From the NCBI GenBank assembly GCA_052426225.1, contig JBNJNM010000006.1, positions 2,170,001-2,234,000 of the forward strand: a DNA stretch of 64,000 nt. Reading direction: 5' to 3'. Below the pieces are notes generated by a model. That model was given only the letters and a program-made list of their open reading frames with translations. It made no database searches and was not told the origin of the DNA. The translations under genes were made by a program, and so were the position numbers. Numbering within the stretch: the first letter of the stretch is position 1; every line of letters starts with the position of its first letter. Shown piece after piece: positions 24,376 through 39,252 of this stretch. This DNA comes from Zancudomyces culisetae HAW-14-8 (taxonomy: Eukaryota > Fungi > Kickxellomycota).

Positions 24376-25566
24376 TTACAATAAAATAGTCAAAATAGTA
24401 AAGAATAATATAGCGATGAAAAAACCAATATTTCCAAACAGCTTTAGAGGATTGGAAGAACTATCTACTAATTTATTGAAGTCAACCTCCTTTGGTTCAC
24501 CCTTATCCTTTTTACTTTTTAAGGAACTACAGACCCACTTATCCCTTCCTTTTATCTCATGTCTTTTTTTGGTTTCAAAACAGTCCAAGTTTCCTGAGGA
24601 AGTAATGGTTACTGGTATTGAGGTTGATTTCAATGCGGGTATCGCTATGTATTCCAATGGCCCAATTAGCAGCATCTTTCCAATCAGCTGTTGTAGTAAA
24701 GGGAAACAGTTTTCGTCAATAGCCGTCATTTCTGTGTTGTTTTGGATAATAGTTGCTCCGCCAATTTTTTTGAGACTCGGAAAAGAAAAGGCCTTCATGT
24801 TATCGTTTCTTATCAATTGAAGCTCCTTTCCTACAACTTGTAGTTTTTCAAGGGCAAGGCTTTCAAAAGTGTTTTCCAAAAACACCAGGCTATCAGCAAT
24901 CCCACCCAGCTTTGGCGCGCTAATCGCCGAAAGACCAGAGAATGTTACGTTTCCATCTATCTCATTTAGTGAGTTGAAAGTAGCTGTGGATAACGCATTG
25001 TTGTTTGAAATTTTTACATAGCTATTAACTTTTTTCAGTCTTGGGATTTCAATTTTACGCAAACCATCATTGTTTTCTATATCCAAATAGTCTAACTGTA
25101 CTATTTTTGGTATACCAAACTCGGCAATTCCAACTTGTGCTATTCTAACAGAGTTCATGTAGGTTATAGACTGTATATTTAGATAGCTGAGGTTTGGATT
25201 ATCTGATAATGATAAATCTATTAGCGTGTGTAGTTTAGGAACTGAAAGTGCCATAAGTTGGGTGTTTTCTCTGATTGTAATAGAACCATTTACAATTGCA
25301 AGTCCGTTTAAAATTAGGGATTTCAAATTAAAGTTATCCACAATGTATAATTCACCATATAATTCTGCGAGATTACCAAAATCCAATTCTTCACTTTCAA
25401 CTTTATTCACATATATCGACCCTTTATATTTAGTGCAGTACGAAAGCCTTTTAGCATCTGATTGCGAAAGTACCTGGAAATCTCCACTACAGTCGATTTT
25501 TGCTTGAATTACGTGTATAAACACCAATAGAAGCATTAGTTTGATATTCAGTATGGTTTTCAGCAT
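24376..25566 (-). CDS. ECM33/PST1/Meu10-like GPI-anchored receptor-L-domain cell-wall protein
   Basis: Signal peptide, C..C N-terminal cap, repeated N..L..L.FP.L...I.G L-domain units, C-terminal omega region plus hydrophobic tail. Confidence 0.82.
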   Translation of the reverse strand: MLKTILNIKLMLLLVFIHVIQAKIDCSGDFQVLSQSDAKRLSYCTKYKGSIYVNKVESEELDFGNLAELYGELYIVDNFNLKSLILNGLAIVNGSITIRENTQLMALSVPKLHTLIDLSLSDNPNLSYLNIQSITYMNSVRIAQVGIAEFGIPKIVQLDYLDIENNDGLRKIEIPRLKKVNSYVKISNNNALSTATFNSLNEIDGNVTFSGLSAISAPKLGGIADSLVFLENTFESLALEKLQVVGKELQLIRNDNMKAFSFPSLKKIGGATIIQNNTEMTAIDENCFPLLQQLIGKMLLIGPLEYIAIPALKSTSIPVTITSSGNLDCFETKKRHEIKGRDKWVCSSLKSKKDKGEPKEVDFNKLVDSSSNPLKLFGNIGFFIAILFFTILTILL

Positions 25567-26726
25567 TCCGGAATTGTTTAAGTAGCCTTTGTTATACCCG
25601 TGAAATATAAATATTGATGTCTATTTACATTAAATTACTCAAGTTTAGCTTGATCAAACAAAGATATATGTTTAAAAAGATGGTAGAAACGAGTGTATAT
25701 TACTTCCAACACTAAACCTTAGATATTTTAGAGAAGGGAGGAAAAGGGTTGTCAGTACTAAATAGCAACAAAAATACAAACCAAATTCCGCGCTGTTCAA
25801 TAAATACTGTATTCAAAAACTAATAACAAAACGCATCAATTCAAGCGTATTACACCACACCACACCACACAATATGATTACAGAAATCTGCGAGCTTTCA
25901 CTCTGCTTTTTTTTCTCAATGTATAATAGCTTGCTAACCCAGTTTGATGAGAATAATACAGGATATACGGTATGGTGGTTTCAAATGTCTATTTTCAGCA
26001 GCCAAATGTGTCTGTATATGTTTTGCATGTAGCCTTGAAAAACTAAAATAAAAGGGAAAGTAACAAAAGCAACATATTCAAAACTTTGAATAAACACAGC
26101 TATCTTATTCTCTCTTCTGTGTGGTATGAAAATGTTCTATTACTCCTACATAGTTCTCGATACAAAGGTGCGAGGGTAAAAAGCTGATACATAATGGCAT
26201 GCTAATCGAATGGGTGTAGCACTTGAGGTGGATAAATGAACAGTAATATGTGTGTATGCATAACATCAATGAATCAATTGTTTTATTTTTGTAGAATAAA
26301 TCTGTATGATGACTATACAACCTTGAACTGCTTACAATGTTCCAAAAGGTTTTATTATAAGGTAATGACAAATGTTTTAGTTATGTATCCTTTTTTAATG
26401 GGAGAATTGCAAAATAAAATAGGAAATACCATGTTTTTAAATTATACATAAACCCAAACCCTTTGTATCCCAGTTGTTAGCTTCCAAAAAAATAAAAGTG
26501 TGTGGATCATTTTTAGGAAACAAAAAGCATTTACAAGAAAGACGAAGTGATAAATAACCCAAGCTATTATCAAGAACTAAAGAGATGTTTTGGTACTTAG
26601 TGATAGTGGATGCGCAAAAAATAGCATTTGCAAGTTTACATTTAACAAGTATAGAATAACAAAGCAAACAGATGAATAGCCTTATGAGCCATATATATAA
26701 AAAAGAGAGAAAAATGACCAATATGG

Positions 26727-29202
26727 CTAGGCCAAATAGTTGTACTGGTCCTTGGAGCCACTAGCACGTTCAATAAATTCCTTTTCTAAAAGCGTGTCTA
26801 TTCCCTTTCTAATTTCAAGAATAGTGGGTTTAAATCTGGAAGTCAGATGTGCAATAGTTTCGGTAACCAGCATAGTGTGACTAAGAGTCTTTCTGGTCTT
26901 CATAATACGGACAATTGTAGCTTGTATCAAGATGTTTCTACTATCAGCGATGGCTTGAGATGTTTCCAAAGATTCCTTCTTCTGATCAGCTTTTATTGGA
27001 GCGTTCAGGTTTATTCGCAGTCTTTTGCTTCTGAAGGCCGTATTTAGTTTTAGCAACGAGGAACTGGAAAGCGTACCATCAGTGGGCTTTTTTGTCGCAG
27101 GGTCCAAAATCACAACCAGTCTGCTCTTTATAAAAGTAGAAAGCGAGGATTCAATTATATTATAGGGAAGCTTGGTGGAATCAAGAATTGATTGAATCGT
27201 GATGGTACGAGTGGGGCTAGAATTTAGTAGCTGCATTATAGCAAGCTGGAAGACGGATACGGAGAACATATACGTCATCCGCTTGGGGTCGGTGTTGTTG
27301 GGTAGTGTTATTTTGACTTCAGCTTTAGAAAACTGCCACAACCAATTCAACTTACGGCCTTTATGCCTATCAGTGTAAAAGTCCGTATAGCCGTTTACAG
27401 CTTCTGTTAGAGCTTGTGGAACAATAAAATTGGCACAATAGGGAGCCATAGTCAGGGGCCAGGCGGCAGTATTGAAAACTTTTGCTGAAAAATCAAATGG
27501 AGGCGAGCGAGTCATTTTAGTTCGGAATTGCGTGTTCAATTCATTGTTCAGTTCAATGTCGTTAAACATTCGTGCCAGTTTATGGGTAAAGTCAAAGCCA
27601 CAAACATCTTTAAATTTAGAGATGATCTTTTGCTCAGCATCAAATGAAGTGGACAGTTCATTAACAAGACGTTTAGCCAAGCTTCGTCTATAAAATGTTT
27701 GAAATGAATCCTTGTCTTCCAAATACTTGAAAATTGTTACCTAAAATTAACATAGTGTGTAGTATATACAATGTTAGTAATTAAATATTAAGTAATTGAT
27801 CGATATATCTAATCCTCCATTAATCCACTTTGCTACCAAGTAGGCATAGGCAAAAAAAAAATGGAGGCATAGATTTAGTGTTAGAATTAGAGTAGTAGTT
27901 TGAACTTACAACTTGGTTTAGTTTTAACTCAAGCTCGGCGTCGTCAGATACTTTTGACCCCTTTTTCAACAAGCTATCAATATATTTGGTGAGAAGTTCT
28001 GGAGATTGAGGGCCTGGACGGTTTGTAACGGCATTGGAGTTGATATATTCCTTACACGCTTGGTCTAAAGAAGCTACAAGCCCAGAATCTTGTGAAAATA
28101 CCGTTTTGCACACATCAGCAAAGGTTTCGTACACACCAAATAATGCACCTACATATGCAGATGGATCTACAGACCCATCCTTTTCGGGTTGTAGCTGCTC
28201 TACAGATGCTAACCCTTTAGTTTTTACGTACCCCAAAAACATCAATCTAACCACCTGAAGTCCGGTAGGCACCCTTGTAAGCAGGAAGTACATATTGCGC
28301 AAATCGTCATATTGCTGGTTACCCAACAGTATCATCGATTCGGCTTCCATCTTTTCCAAGTGGTTGCTTACGTACGATACCTCGATGGTCTCCATAACCA
28401 GCCCCAAAGTGGTGCTATGGATCACCTGTTTTATCCTACGTTCTTCTGATTCAATTCTATACTTTGCCCTGCTCATATATTCAACCACAGTGTGGGTTGA
28501 CATGTAAGTCCTACTTTCCCTGTCATAGTATTCCTTTGACGCCTTTATTAATGGCTGTTCAAAGCGGAATCTGTATCTTTCCAGTGTTTGTGCCTCTGTC
28601 GCAGCCTCCTTAGCCCCAATCTCTACACAAGAGTCCACAAATATTTTTATTGGCTCAGCCTCGATGATCTCTTCATTTCTCATCAATTCAATCTGGTACA
28701 GAATAGCCTCAATAATCTTGGTATATATCCCCTCAAACACTGTCTCACTCCACGTAGCTAGCATAAGTTTATATATATCCTTAGCTAGTCTCCCCTCATC
28801 GATTTCTCGTTTTACCCAATGCCTGTTCAAGTATGAAAGGATGCGTGTCAAAATGTTTGCTGCAAATGTATACTTGCTCCATTCCTTGGCATACTCTCTG
28901 ATCAGCTGAGGCCCCTCGTATTTCTGTAGCTCTTCCAATAGAAATGTGTTGTGTTCCTTGATTTCACAGTAAAACTTTTTGTATAGCTCACTACCAAGAA
29001 TATGTGCATTTCGATTGGCCTCGTTGTACACTCTGGATCCTAGAACGGTGGTATTTGTGCAAGTACAATAGTTGTACGCGGCTGTATATAGATTTATGTA
29101 TTTTTCGTATGATAATCCTTCTGAAAGCCTCTGCAGAATTTGCTGTATACCCTCTTTTAAGAACTCCCAGGTTCCCTCCAAATTCTGAGCCTGTGGTAGC
29201 AT
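26727..29202 (-). CDS. CUL1: Cullin-1; exons 29202-27910 and 27740-26727
   Basis: LYTAAYNYC, LGSELY, YLNRHWVKRE, EDKDSFQTFY, IQATIVRIMKTRK (neddylation site), terminal YNYLA; one GTAAGT...TAG intron. Confidence 0.93.
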
Positions 29203-30063
29203 TATGTCTTGATATTATATGTGTGGTGAAAACCTTGCCTCTCTCGTTTGTTTTTAGAATTAATGTTCAGGTTTAGAAAAAGAAGACAAGATAGATGACT
29301 TAGTTAGCATGTAACATTAGAACAATTGATTTTGACAAAATACTTTGTGTTTCAAAGGCAAATAAATGATTTCACAAAAGTTCAAAACAACCGAAAAATA
29401 ATGCCATATCAATGGTAAAACATAGCTGCACCCACATACAAAAATTTTAATTTGACAGTGGTCAGTTTCAGCAATTTTTCTGCTGCGGAATCTAAAATGG
29501 CATTGATAACTTGCCTTTTTGATGCGATTTTGATAGGCCCACATGGGTGATTAGGAAAGGAGGAGCCATAAAAGAAGTGCGCCTCCTTCGAAAGCTGTAT
29601 ATCCACAACTGATAGTTACTGCTAACTGGTGTAGTAGCAGAGGGGCTAGCCCAAGGGACACTAGATATTCTAATTAGCCGCGATGTGTGTGTTTAAAATA
29701 CTGTTACTGCGTATTAATGTAAAGAGAAAAGAGCATCAAACATTTTCGTTTTCGTTTTCGCTTTCGTTTTTATTTTTAGATTGTGTTAAAGATTGGTATA
29801 CTAGCTGATTTTATGACACGGACATAGATTAAATTCTTACTGGGACCAACCGCATACACACCAAGTAGTTCAGCTGGTAACAGTTTAAATACAACTTGAA
29901 CACGAGTGAGCTAGTATTAAAAAAATATGTGCAGATGTTCTTTCAGGTTACATTAGGATTGTTTATTTAGAGACAAAAAATATAGTTTTTGATGCCAACC
30001 CAAGGTAGGTTTGGGCTTAAAAAAAAATCAAATCATAAACAAAGGAGATTAATGCTGGCGCTA

Positions 30064-30672
30064 TCAGAACCTTGTCTTCTTTGCAGTAAATAGAGCTTGG
30101 ATAGCGTACACTTGAACTATGGCAACAACAACCACACACAAACTTTCGAGTAGCGCATACCAGAGCACCCGCTGTTCTGTAGACCTAACTGTGTCGAAAT
30201 TTCTGCTTTCTCGGGCTCTGAAATACAACTGCAGTCGTTCTATGTTATGCAAATCTCCAAACATCTTTGAGGCACCGAAATCGAGTTGAGGTTTGACAAT
30301 ACGCGAGCTCAAATCTGGATCACGAGCCTCATCTTCAACTGAAATGTCAAAGGTTACCAATTTGTCTGCAACTGTTGACATTACATTGCTGAAACAGAAT
30401 TTATATTCTCCAACTTCATTTGCGGTAAATACAATATCTTCTTGTCGTTTGGCCTGGCCTAAAGCAGCAATTTTATCTGTAGGGCTCTTAATAGTATAAT
30501 CTACATCAAAGTTTCCTCCCTCTTGGACGGCAAAATACAAGGACATTTTTTGGCCAGGTTGATCATTCCAGGTAAATAAACATTCTTCTCCACTTGCTCG
30601 AACCCATTTTGTGAGTGCGATAGCACTGATATTGGTTACCAGTGTAAGTAAAACCAAAACTATGGACTTCAT
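30064..30672 (-). CDS. p24/emp24/GOLD family cargo receptor (gamma/ERP-like)
   Basis: Signal peptide, EECLF...YFAVQEGGNFDVDY...GEYKFCFSN, RESRNFDTVRSTEQRV, C-terminal TM and short tail. Confidence 0.9.
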   Translation of the reverse strand: MKSIVLVLLTLVTNISAIALTKWVRASGEECLFTWNDQPGQKMSLYFAVQEGGNFDVDYTIKSPTDKIAALGQAKRQEDIVFTANEVGEYKFCFSNVMSTVADKLVTFDISVEDEARDPDLSSRIVKPQLDFGASKMFGDLHNIERLQLYFRARESRNFDTVRSTEQRVLWYALLESLCVVVVAIVQVYAIQALFTAKKTRF

Positions 30673-31375
30673 CTTTACTTTCAATTCGCTTGAGCTTCGA
30701 TGTACCTTCCCTTTTTAGTTGTATTATTATTCCTAAAGGTATTTTACAATTTAGACTAGGAGCGCTTGTTTATTTATTAATTAGAGGGTAAACGTAAAAA
30801 AATTCGCAAAATGGAAATTTACCTAAATTTTAATTGTGAAATGTTCAATTGTTATTGGAAGACATCAACATACGAATTAAGCGCCATTTCAAAAAACATT
30901 TTGCTATAGACAACAATTAAAAGTGAAGTACTTGCCACATAATTTATGAAATAGTACTATTTGCAGAAAAAAAAGCAAAACCAGGATTGACTAGTATTAA
31001 GGTGCTGGGTGTCGAAAAGAAAAATGTGTGTTTCTGATGTGGTGTTGCCAGGGGATGAGAGATATCGGTGAACTCGAACTTTTGAACTGTATACTAACCA
31101 ATTCGCGTTGCAGGGGAAGTATTTTAGGAGTGGATGGGGGAGGGGATAACAACCATGAGCTGCGACTTTATATTAGCTATTTTTGGTAGTTTTAGTTCAA
31201 AAATAGTCCTGGTTTTGGTTTCAATCAGAGCAAAAATTGATTTTAATAAAAGAAAAAAATAAGTAAAAGCATACATTTCTATTAAAAGGCGAAATAAAAA
31301 ATAAATAGATTGTTGGTCCTGCTCTAAATATAAAAAGTAACAAACTAGTACACCAATACATCATACGCGCACAAA

Positions 31376-32439
31376 ATGAGGCTAGCTAGTACTTTGGTTT
31401 CGATAGGATGTTTTTTATTTCTTGGGATGCTTGCTTTTGCGGAAATTGTTCCTAGAAAAGTGCTTTTCATAGTCTCAGACAAGGTTGGAAGTTTGTATTC
31501 AAAAAGGTAATTTACAATACTAAATAAGGTTTTGTTTGGTTGAGCAATCTCTTACGAAAAGATCTAATATAGAACATCATTTCCGAACAAGTACACCGAT
31601 CTGCCGAAAATCGAAAAAGGCAACAGAATTACTGTTGAATTCAATGTATTTGATTCAAAGGACAATGATGATACTCCGCTCAAACTTACTCAATCCCATG
31701 TTGTGTTTTCGAAGGACGATGGTTCAGAGGAGGTTGTATTCAATACAAAGTTTATTGAGGCAAAATACAAATACAAACTCGACCTGGTACGTACATCACT
31801 AGTTCCTATTCATAGCCTGATTTCGTCGTGTTTTTAAAAGAAATTTATCCTAACTCTTACTTTATACATGTATAGTCATCAAAAAAGTTGTCGAGTGCTT
31901 TTAATAGCAATGGAGAGTACAAAGTTGAGCTCGTTTTGGGTTCCATAACCGAAAGTAAAGGCGTGATTTACGAAATTGGATCCATCGAGATTGCTGCTCT
32001 AGACAAGCAAAAGCCAGTAAATGATTACAGAAAATACACATATAAGGAGGAAATCGAAGCCACACCACCAACGCCCGAAAAAATGGTGCATCCTCTCTTT
32101 TCAATTATCTACGCAGGATTTATATTGGCTCCATTTGTTGGGTTATTGTATATAGTAAGTCAACTTTTCTTTCCAATATACCATTATTCTATAACGAGAT
32201 TTATTTTTTGCTAAACACTTGTCTGCACAACTAAATACTAGTATCACCTCCGAAAAGTAAACTATCAATCGCTGTTCAAAAGCTCAGCTTCAATCAATCT
32301 GTTCTTTGGTTTCGTTTCAGCCAACATTGGGATTATATTTTCGTATTGGGTTGGAGTAAAATTGTTTCCAACAATGGGGTGTCTACTAATAACCTTAGTA
32401 CCAACTGTCATTTTTGGGGTGAAGGCATTAAGAGAATAG
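31376..32439 (+). CDS. SWP1: Oligosaccharyltransferase subunit SWP1/ribophorin II, multi-exon
   Basis: Signal peptide; GEYKVELVLGS and KEEIEATPPTPEKMVHP; three TM segments ending YWVGVKLFPTMG...FGVKALRE*. Confidence 0.75.
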
Positions 32440-32862
32440 ATATAGTCTCAATCCCGACGATCGGCTTCGCTCGGGGATTCTTAGCGGTTGGATTCCAGAC
32501 CTACCTCGCTTCATCATCTAGCTAGTTTGCCACCTTTTTGCCCAATTTCTTTTTAATATCATCATTTTACTTTGCCTCTTTTGATAGTGGTTAGAATCAG
32601 GTATTCGTACTTTAGTCGCCTTTTATTCTTTATTATTCATGAACTGTCTTGGTCAATAAATTAAATCATCAGCAATTTCTACAAAAATCACCATATAATT
32701 ATTCAATCATCTATTCGTTAATAGCCCAAGAATTGTAAAGACTCCAAGTAGAAAAAAAAAATACTCATTGATCTGATTAGACACATAAAAAAGTTCTTTT
32801 ATCATCAAGCAGCTACAATTGTTGATAAATTTTATTAACATTACCAATATTACAGTATCGAT

Positions 32863-34093
<1,231 letters not shown>

Positions 34094-34212
34094 TGTACTG
34101 GCCTAGGAAAAATTAATGCCGGGCATCTGGATAGTTTGAAGTATTATTTATAGATGGCGTTTAGCTATTTTATTATCAAGGACTATTCGATATTGCTATC
34201 TAAAACAAAAAA

Positions 34213-37200
34213 CTACTTTTTAAACTTTTTAGCCTCATGTTGAAAGTATGGAGAAAAATTTTGACTATCAAAACCCTCATCAAAATCCATTAGAGATTCG
34301 ACCTTTTCCCCACTGTTTTGAGCAATGTCCTGACTAATGCTCAAGTTTGTGTTTTTTCTTGGTGACAAGTTGGTAAACTTTCTTTTGGTAACCACAAAGC
34401 TGTCACTGCAAAGTGGGCTAAACCTCTCCAAGTCAATATTTCTGTTTTTGAAGAAAGAAGGCGATGCTTCGAAAAGAAAATCAGAACTGTTGTGAACGTC
34501 CAATTCGAGAAGATTTGAATCGTTTCTATTACTAACCTTTTCGACTTGGATATTTTCATTATGGATGTGCGATGGAGGGGAAGGGGAAAGGCTAATATTA
34601 ACGTTTAGCTTGTCAAGGTTTGGGGATTGGGAAAACGATTTTCTATGTTGGGAGTTATGCGGATTCTCATTCTCACTTATGATTTGGTAGTGATCTTCTA
34701 GTTTTGCTGATAAATCCTTACTCGAAACTGATCGCTGTTTATAACAGGATGGTTTGGCTAGGGACTGTCGAAGATCTTCAATAAACTCTGCATTCTCGCG
34801 GCTGAGTGAGTTTTTGTTAGATTTATTGTTATTAATGCAGTCTAGTCCAGCAGTTTTCAAAATATATTCGTGATAGCCGTTGCTTGAAATGGCAATTGTT
34901 TCTTTATTTGGGTCGACACCAGCTACATTATCAGCTTTCTCGTTGTCCATTTCATCAGAAACACAATTCTGTGGATATACAGCCTTAATATCAGAGTTCC
35001 AACCTTGTGATTCAGCGGAAATAGATGAGTTTGGGTTTGAGAAGGTTTGGGTAGTCTCCTGAGATGTTTCCTCGGGTTCTTCAAACACAAAATCGTATAC
35101 ACCTTTAATCGACCAGCTATTTCCGTTCCGTATAGCTCTTAGCCAAGGATGAGCCAATGCACAATCTGGCGATATCCTGTGTTTGGGGTTTACTGTCAGC
35201 ATCCTTGTAATTAGGTCCTGTACATCTGTAGAAACCCTGTCACAGTATGGCGATGGAAATTCATAAATTCCCTTTAGTATTTGCTGTTTTAGCGGTGGTG
35301 GTGAGAGATCGTCTATTCATTCAGGGATTTCATTGTAAAATGAATAACCGTAATAAAAAAAAATGCGGAAAAAGAGAATAGGAAAATACTTACCAGAAAA
35401 TGGTGGAAACCCAAACACACAGATATACAATACAACGCCCAAACTCCACATGTCAACTTTGCTGTCGTAGACCCTGCCAGACTTCGAGTCTAATACTTCG
35501 GGCGCGACATACATTGGAGTACCACAAAGTGTCTTCATAAACTGTTGTTCGCCGACTATCTTTGCCAATCCAAAATCTGCAAGTTGTACCCGTAAACCTT
35601 CGTAGTCTGAAAGAAGTATATTTTCGGGCTTTATATCACGATGTACTATTCCATTTTTGTGAAGGTATCGTATCCCCAAAAGTAGTTGTAGCAACACGAC
35701 CCGGCTTTCGTCCTCTGTAAAATGTCCTTGCTCTACAATTCTATCGAACAACTCTCCGCCTTTGGCCCTATGTATGATTGTAGTAAACACCAATTTACTA
35801 ATGTATAAATCAAAGCAAAGTTTATAAAGTGAAAAGTTAGGTGTATGGTTGACTTACAAGTCTAAAATGACATAATAGTATCGTTCCTCGTGGTAAATAG
35901 ACCGAATGCGAATAATTGAAGGCTAAATTCAAAATCAATCAATATGAGTCTACACAGTCATTATAACATATGCTAATGTGGGAAAAATACAAGTATGTTT
36001 AAAGTATTGGCACAAAATCTCTTACATGTTTGGCTCGGCCTAAGATGCTTTTTTCTGAGTCAAAGTTAGTTAGCAATCTTTTATGCTCTACAACCTTAGT
36101 TTTGTCAATAACTTTGACAGCTACTTTTTCGCCAGTTATCCTGTTTATGGCCAGTTTCACTTCCGCAAATGCCCCCTTTCCCAGCATTTTTAACACCATA
36201 TAATTTTTGCTAAACTAATTTTCAAAGTATTTAGGAATTGTTATTCACTTATTTGGAGCTGAATTTCGAAAGGTTTTTAAGAATTACAATTTTTAGAGAT
36301 TTGATAATAATTATACTATGTAAAATGAGATTTATAAAAAACATTAATAAAGCTCCAACGTAGTTGTATAAAAGCTTAGTACTTACCTCAATGTTGTGTT
36401 TTTTTCTTTCCTTGATAAACTGAATTACAAACTCAACTATTTTAGTATAATTATATATGGTTCTAGTTCCATGTTAATTGCAAAAAGCGAGAAAATGCAA
36501 TAGACAGATTCAAGGATTACCGTTTTCAGTCGCAGAATCGTTCTTGACTTTGTTATTCTCCCTAGATATTTTAATGATGTCTTCGTCATACAGCCGCCAT
36601 GGTTTATTCTTAGGAATTCTCTTTTCATTAACAAATGTCCCATTTGAGCTATAAACAAAAAATTTGAGAGTTATTTACAAACATTATTATAATAGACTTT
36701 GTGAATATCGAAAATTACCTTGTATCTTCAATATATATCAACTCCTCGTTTTTATCCTCAATCTAAATTGATATTCGATAAGAAAAACTTATTAGACCAC
36801 TTTTAATCGTATTGTTTCCAAATAAAATAAAGCTGAAATGAGCCAGCTGCAAAAAAAAACAAAATGAGACCTTATAGATGATACAATGCTTATTGCTGAT
36901 TGTTGGTACATCGAGTCTAAAAATATCAAAAGTAGCATAAAATAAAATAATTAAATCTCAACAGTAACCGATCAAACAAATATAGTTTTTTCGATTATCT
37001 TTAAAAGGTACATTTCAGTTTGCACTTACTTGAAATCACAAGTTTTGCCTCGACCCAGCAGATATGTAAATTTCCGAGCGCTTCTCGTTGAATTTCCTGC
37101 ATCCTTGTCTACCAGCACCATTCTGGGAATGAATCGTTTTCCATTATACAATGGCAATAGTATTGCCCAAACATTCTCAGGTGCATTCGATACTAGCTCA

Positions 37201-37335
37201 TCTTCGTTTTCTTCAAATACTTGTTCTAAATTAGATAAATACAATTTTATAATTAATATAGATTCACTCAACACTCAAGATCGACGACTTACTAAAAAAT
37301 TTGAATTCGAAAGGATCCTCATTGCTTGAATACAT
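34213..37335 (-). CDS. FHA-domain Ser/Thr checkpoint kinase (Chk2/Cds1/Dun1-like), many short exons
   Basis: FHA motifs [23 protein letters not shown]; kinase motifs [51 protein letters not shown]. The start ATG at 37335 is inferred. Confidence 0.85.
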
Positions 37336-39252
37336 TTAATATATACAGTTTCGTCGAGTAGTGGTAAAGTAAGATTATATTTCAGATAGGTGTGAATAGT
37401 TTTGTGTTGAAATTTAGGTAAATATAAGCTATGAATTAGTGTGATCATTCGATTTTATTTGCATTTACACCTGGCCGCTGATTTTACCAAATTATACTAT
37501 TATACTGCGATTAATATTCAAAAAGGAGTTATTAAATGTAAACAGCCACAAAATATAAAAAATTTAAACAATAAAAGGATCTTGTATAAACTAAGAAAAT
37601 CCAGTTTTTTCCATTTTTGGTGTAAATCTTGGATCGTGTATTTTGGCATTTCTTTGGCTGAGTTTTCACTATTGTAATAGCTGTGAATTTATAATCGTAT
37701 CAATAACCCGGTTTCAGCCAATAACTTAGTTGAAAAATTGTAGTGACTGGGCAATCCTGCTTTGAGCGTTGGTGAATTTGTGGTGTTCATGTTTACTTTT
37801 GCGAAGTCGCCCAAATCAAACCAATATATTTCGGTGGCTACTCATGTTAGAATCATGGGTTCATACTGATAAGCATTGAAAAAAAACAAAATAACCAAAA
37901 GGCCTGAGATTACAATGTTAGATTCTGAGAATAAAAGCAGTAGGGATGTAGATGATAAGTAGCAGATTATTTTATTCCATACTGTGCGGAGCAGAGACCA
38001 TATGTTTAAATTGAGGCTTGATTTGACTGGTATATTATGATTTGCTTTTATGCTGTGCGATTTGCAAAAAATAGGGTATAATTTCCTAGTTATGAATTAG
38101 TACCGCCAGAACCTTCAGGTTATATACTAGAGCCAGATAGATAAGATATGTAAACTTTCAAGGATATTGACTACCGTCGAAGTGTAGATATTCTTGTGGT
38201 TACATAATGCAGTGACGCTTTTAGAAGGTGTGAATGTCACAACATAAATTTGGTAAATATTTGGAGTAGGTCTAACAGTGCAGACATGAGGTTTGTGATT
38301 TCATGTTTAATTGTGGATAAAATATGCAAAGTATGATTTTAGCTGAAAGCTAGCTCTTCCACTAAAGCTAGGGATAGAGTTAAAGCATATTGAATTTTCG
38401 GGTCCAAGTAGTTTTTGGCTGAAAGATGAGATTAGGCTGACTTTTGTAGTTGGGGTTGATTTGAGTGCAATAGCGTGTTTAGACGGTAACCAAAAAATAT
38501 AAAAGTATTGAAATATCTGGATTGTCTGTAAATAATATTAAATCAAACATATTCAATAAAGTATATCTCTTTTTATTTAAAACTGCATAGTAGAATGATG
38601 ATTTAATACTTGGTTAACAGCTACAATGATAATATATATTTAGTTGAACAAAAACCAGAAAATTGCGTAAAAATTTAAAACAAACAAATATACCCAATAA
38701 AATAATGCATCATGTTTACAACTGATTCAAAAATGAATAAATTAAATAAATAAATGTGATGTTGAAGAATATTCGTTAAAATGTGCAGCTAGATTTTCTA
38801 TACTTGATAAACATTCCAATAAGCAAATTAGAAATTAATGGTTTGTTAATGTAAGCAAACCTGAGAAATTAGGTTGCACAAAAATCATTGTAATTGCAAA
38901 TGGTGTGTTTTTTTTTAAAGCATAAATTGCTTTTATTTATTGTTTACATAAACACAAGAATGTGGAAAAGCCTAAAATAGTGTAAAGGTAAAATTAATTT
39001 AATATCATTAAAAGGCAAGTAGGGAAACTAGATAAAAAGAAATCTAGTTTACACCGAACTCATTGTATTCCAAGCATCCATTCAAGTTTCAAAAAATTCT
39101 TATTTACTATACTAAATTGATTAAATTAACTTTGTACAAAAATTGGACAACATTTGTCGTAAAGAACTCGATCGGATTTGCTTCAATATAAACGACACAT
39201 TTTAAAATAAGCTACGAGAATATAAAATCAAGCATTTAATACAAAGGAGAAA

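Noticed and set aside
32480-32550. Minus-strand EIGQKGGKLAR-TGA-TGA as a KGG-motif peptide or selenoprotein
   Set aside because: An in-frame TAA lies two codons upstream; no start codon or SECIS seen.
32610-32630. TCGCCTTTTA resembling U5 snRNA loop 1
   Set aside because: No flanking stem or Sm site.
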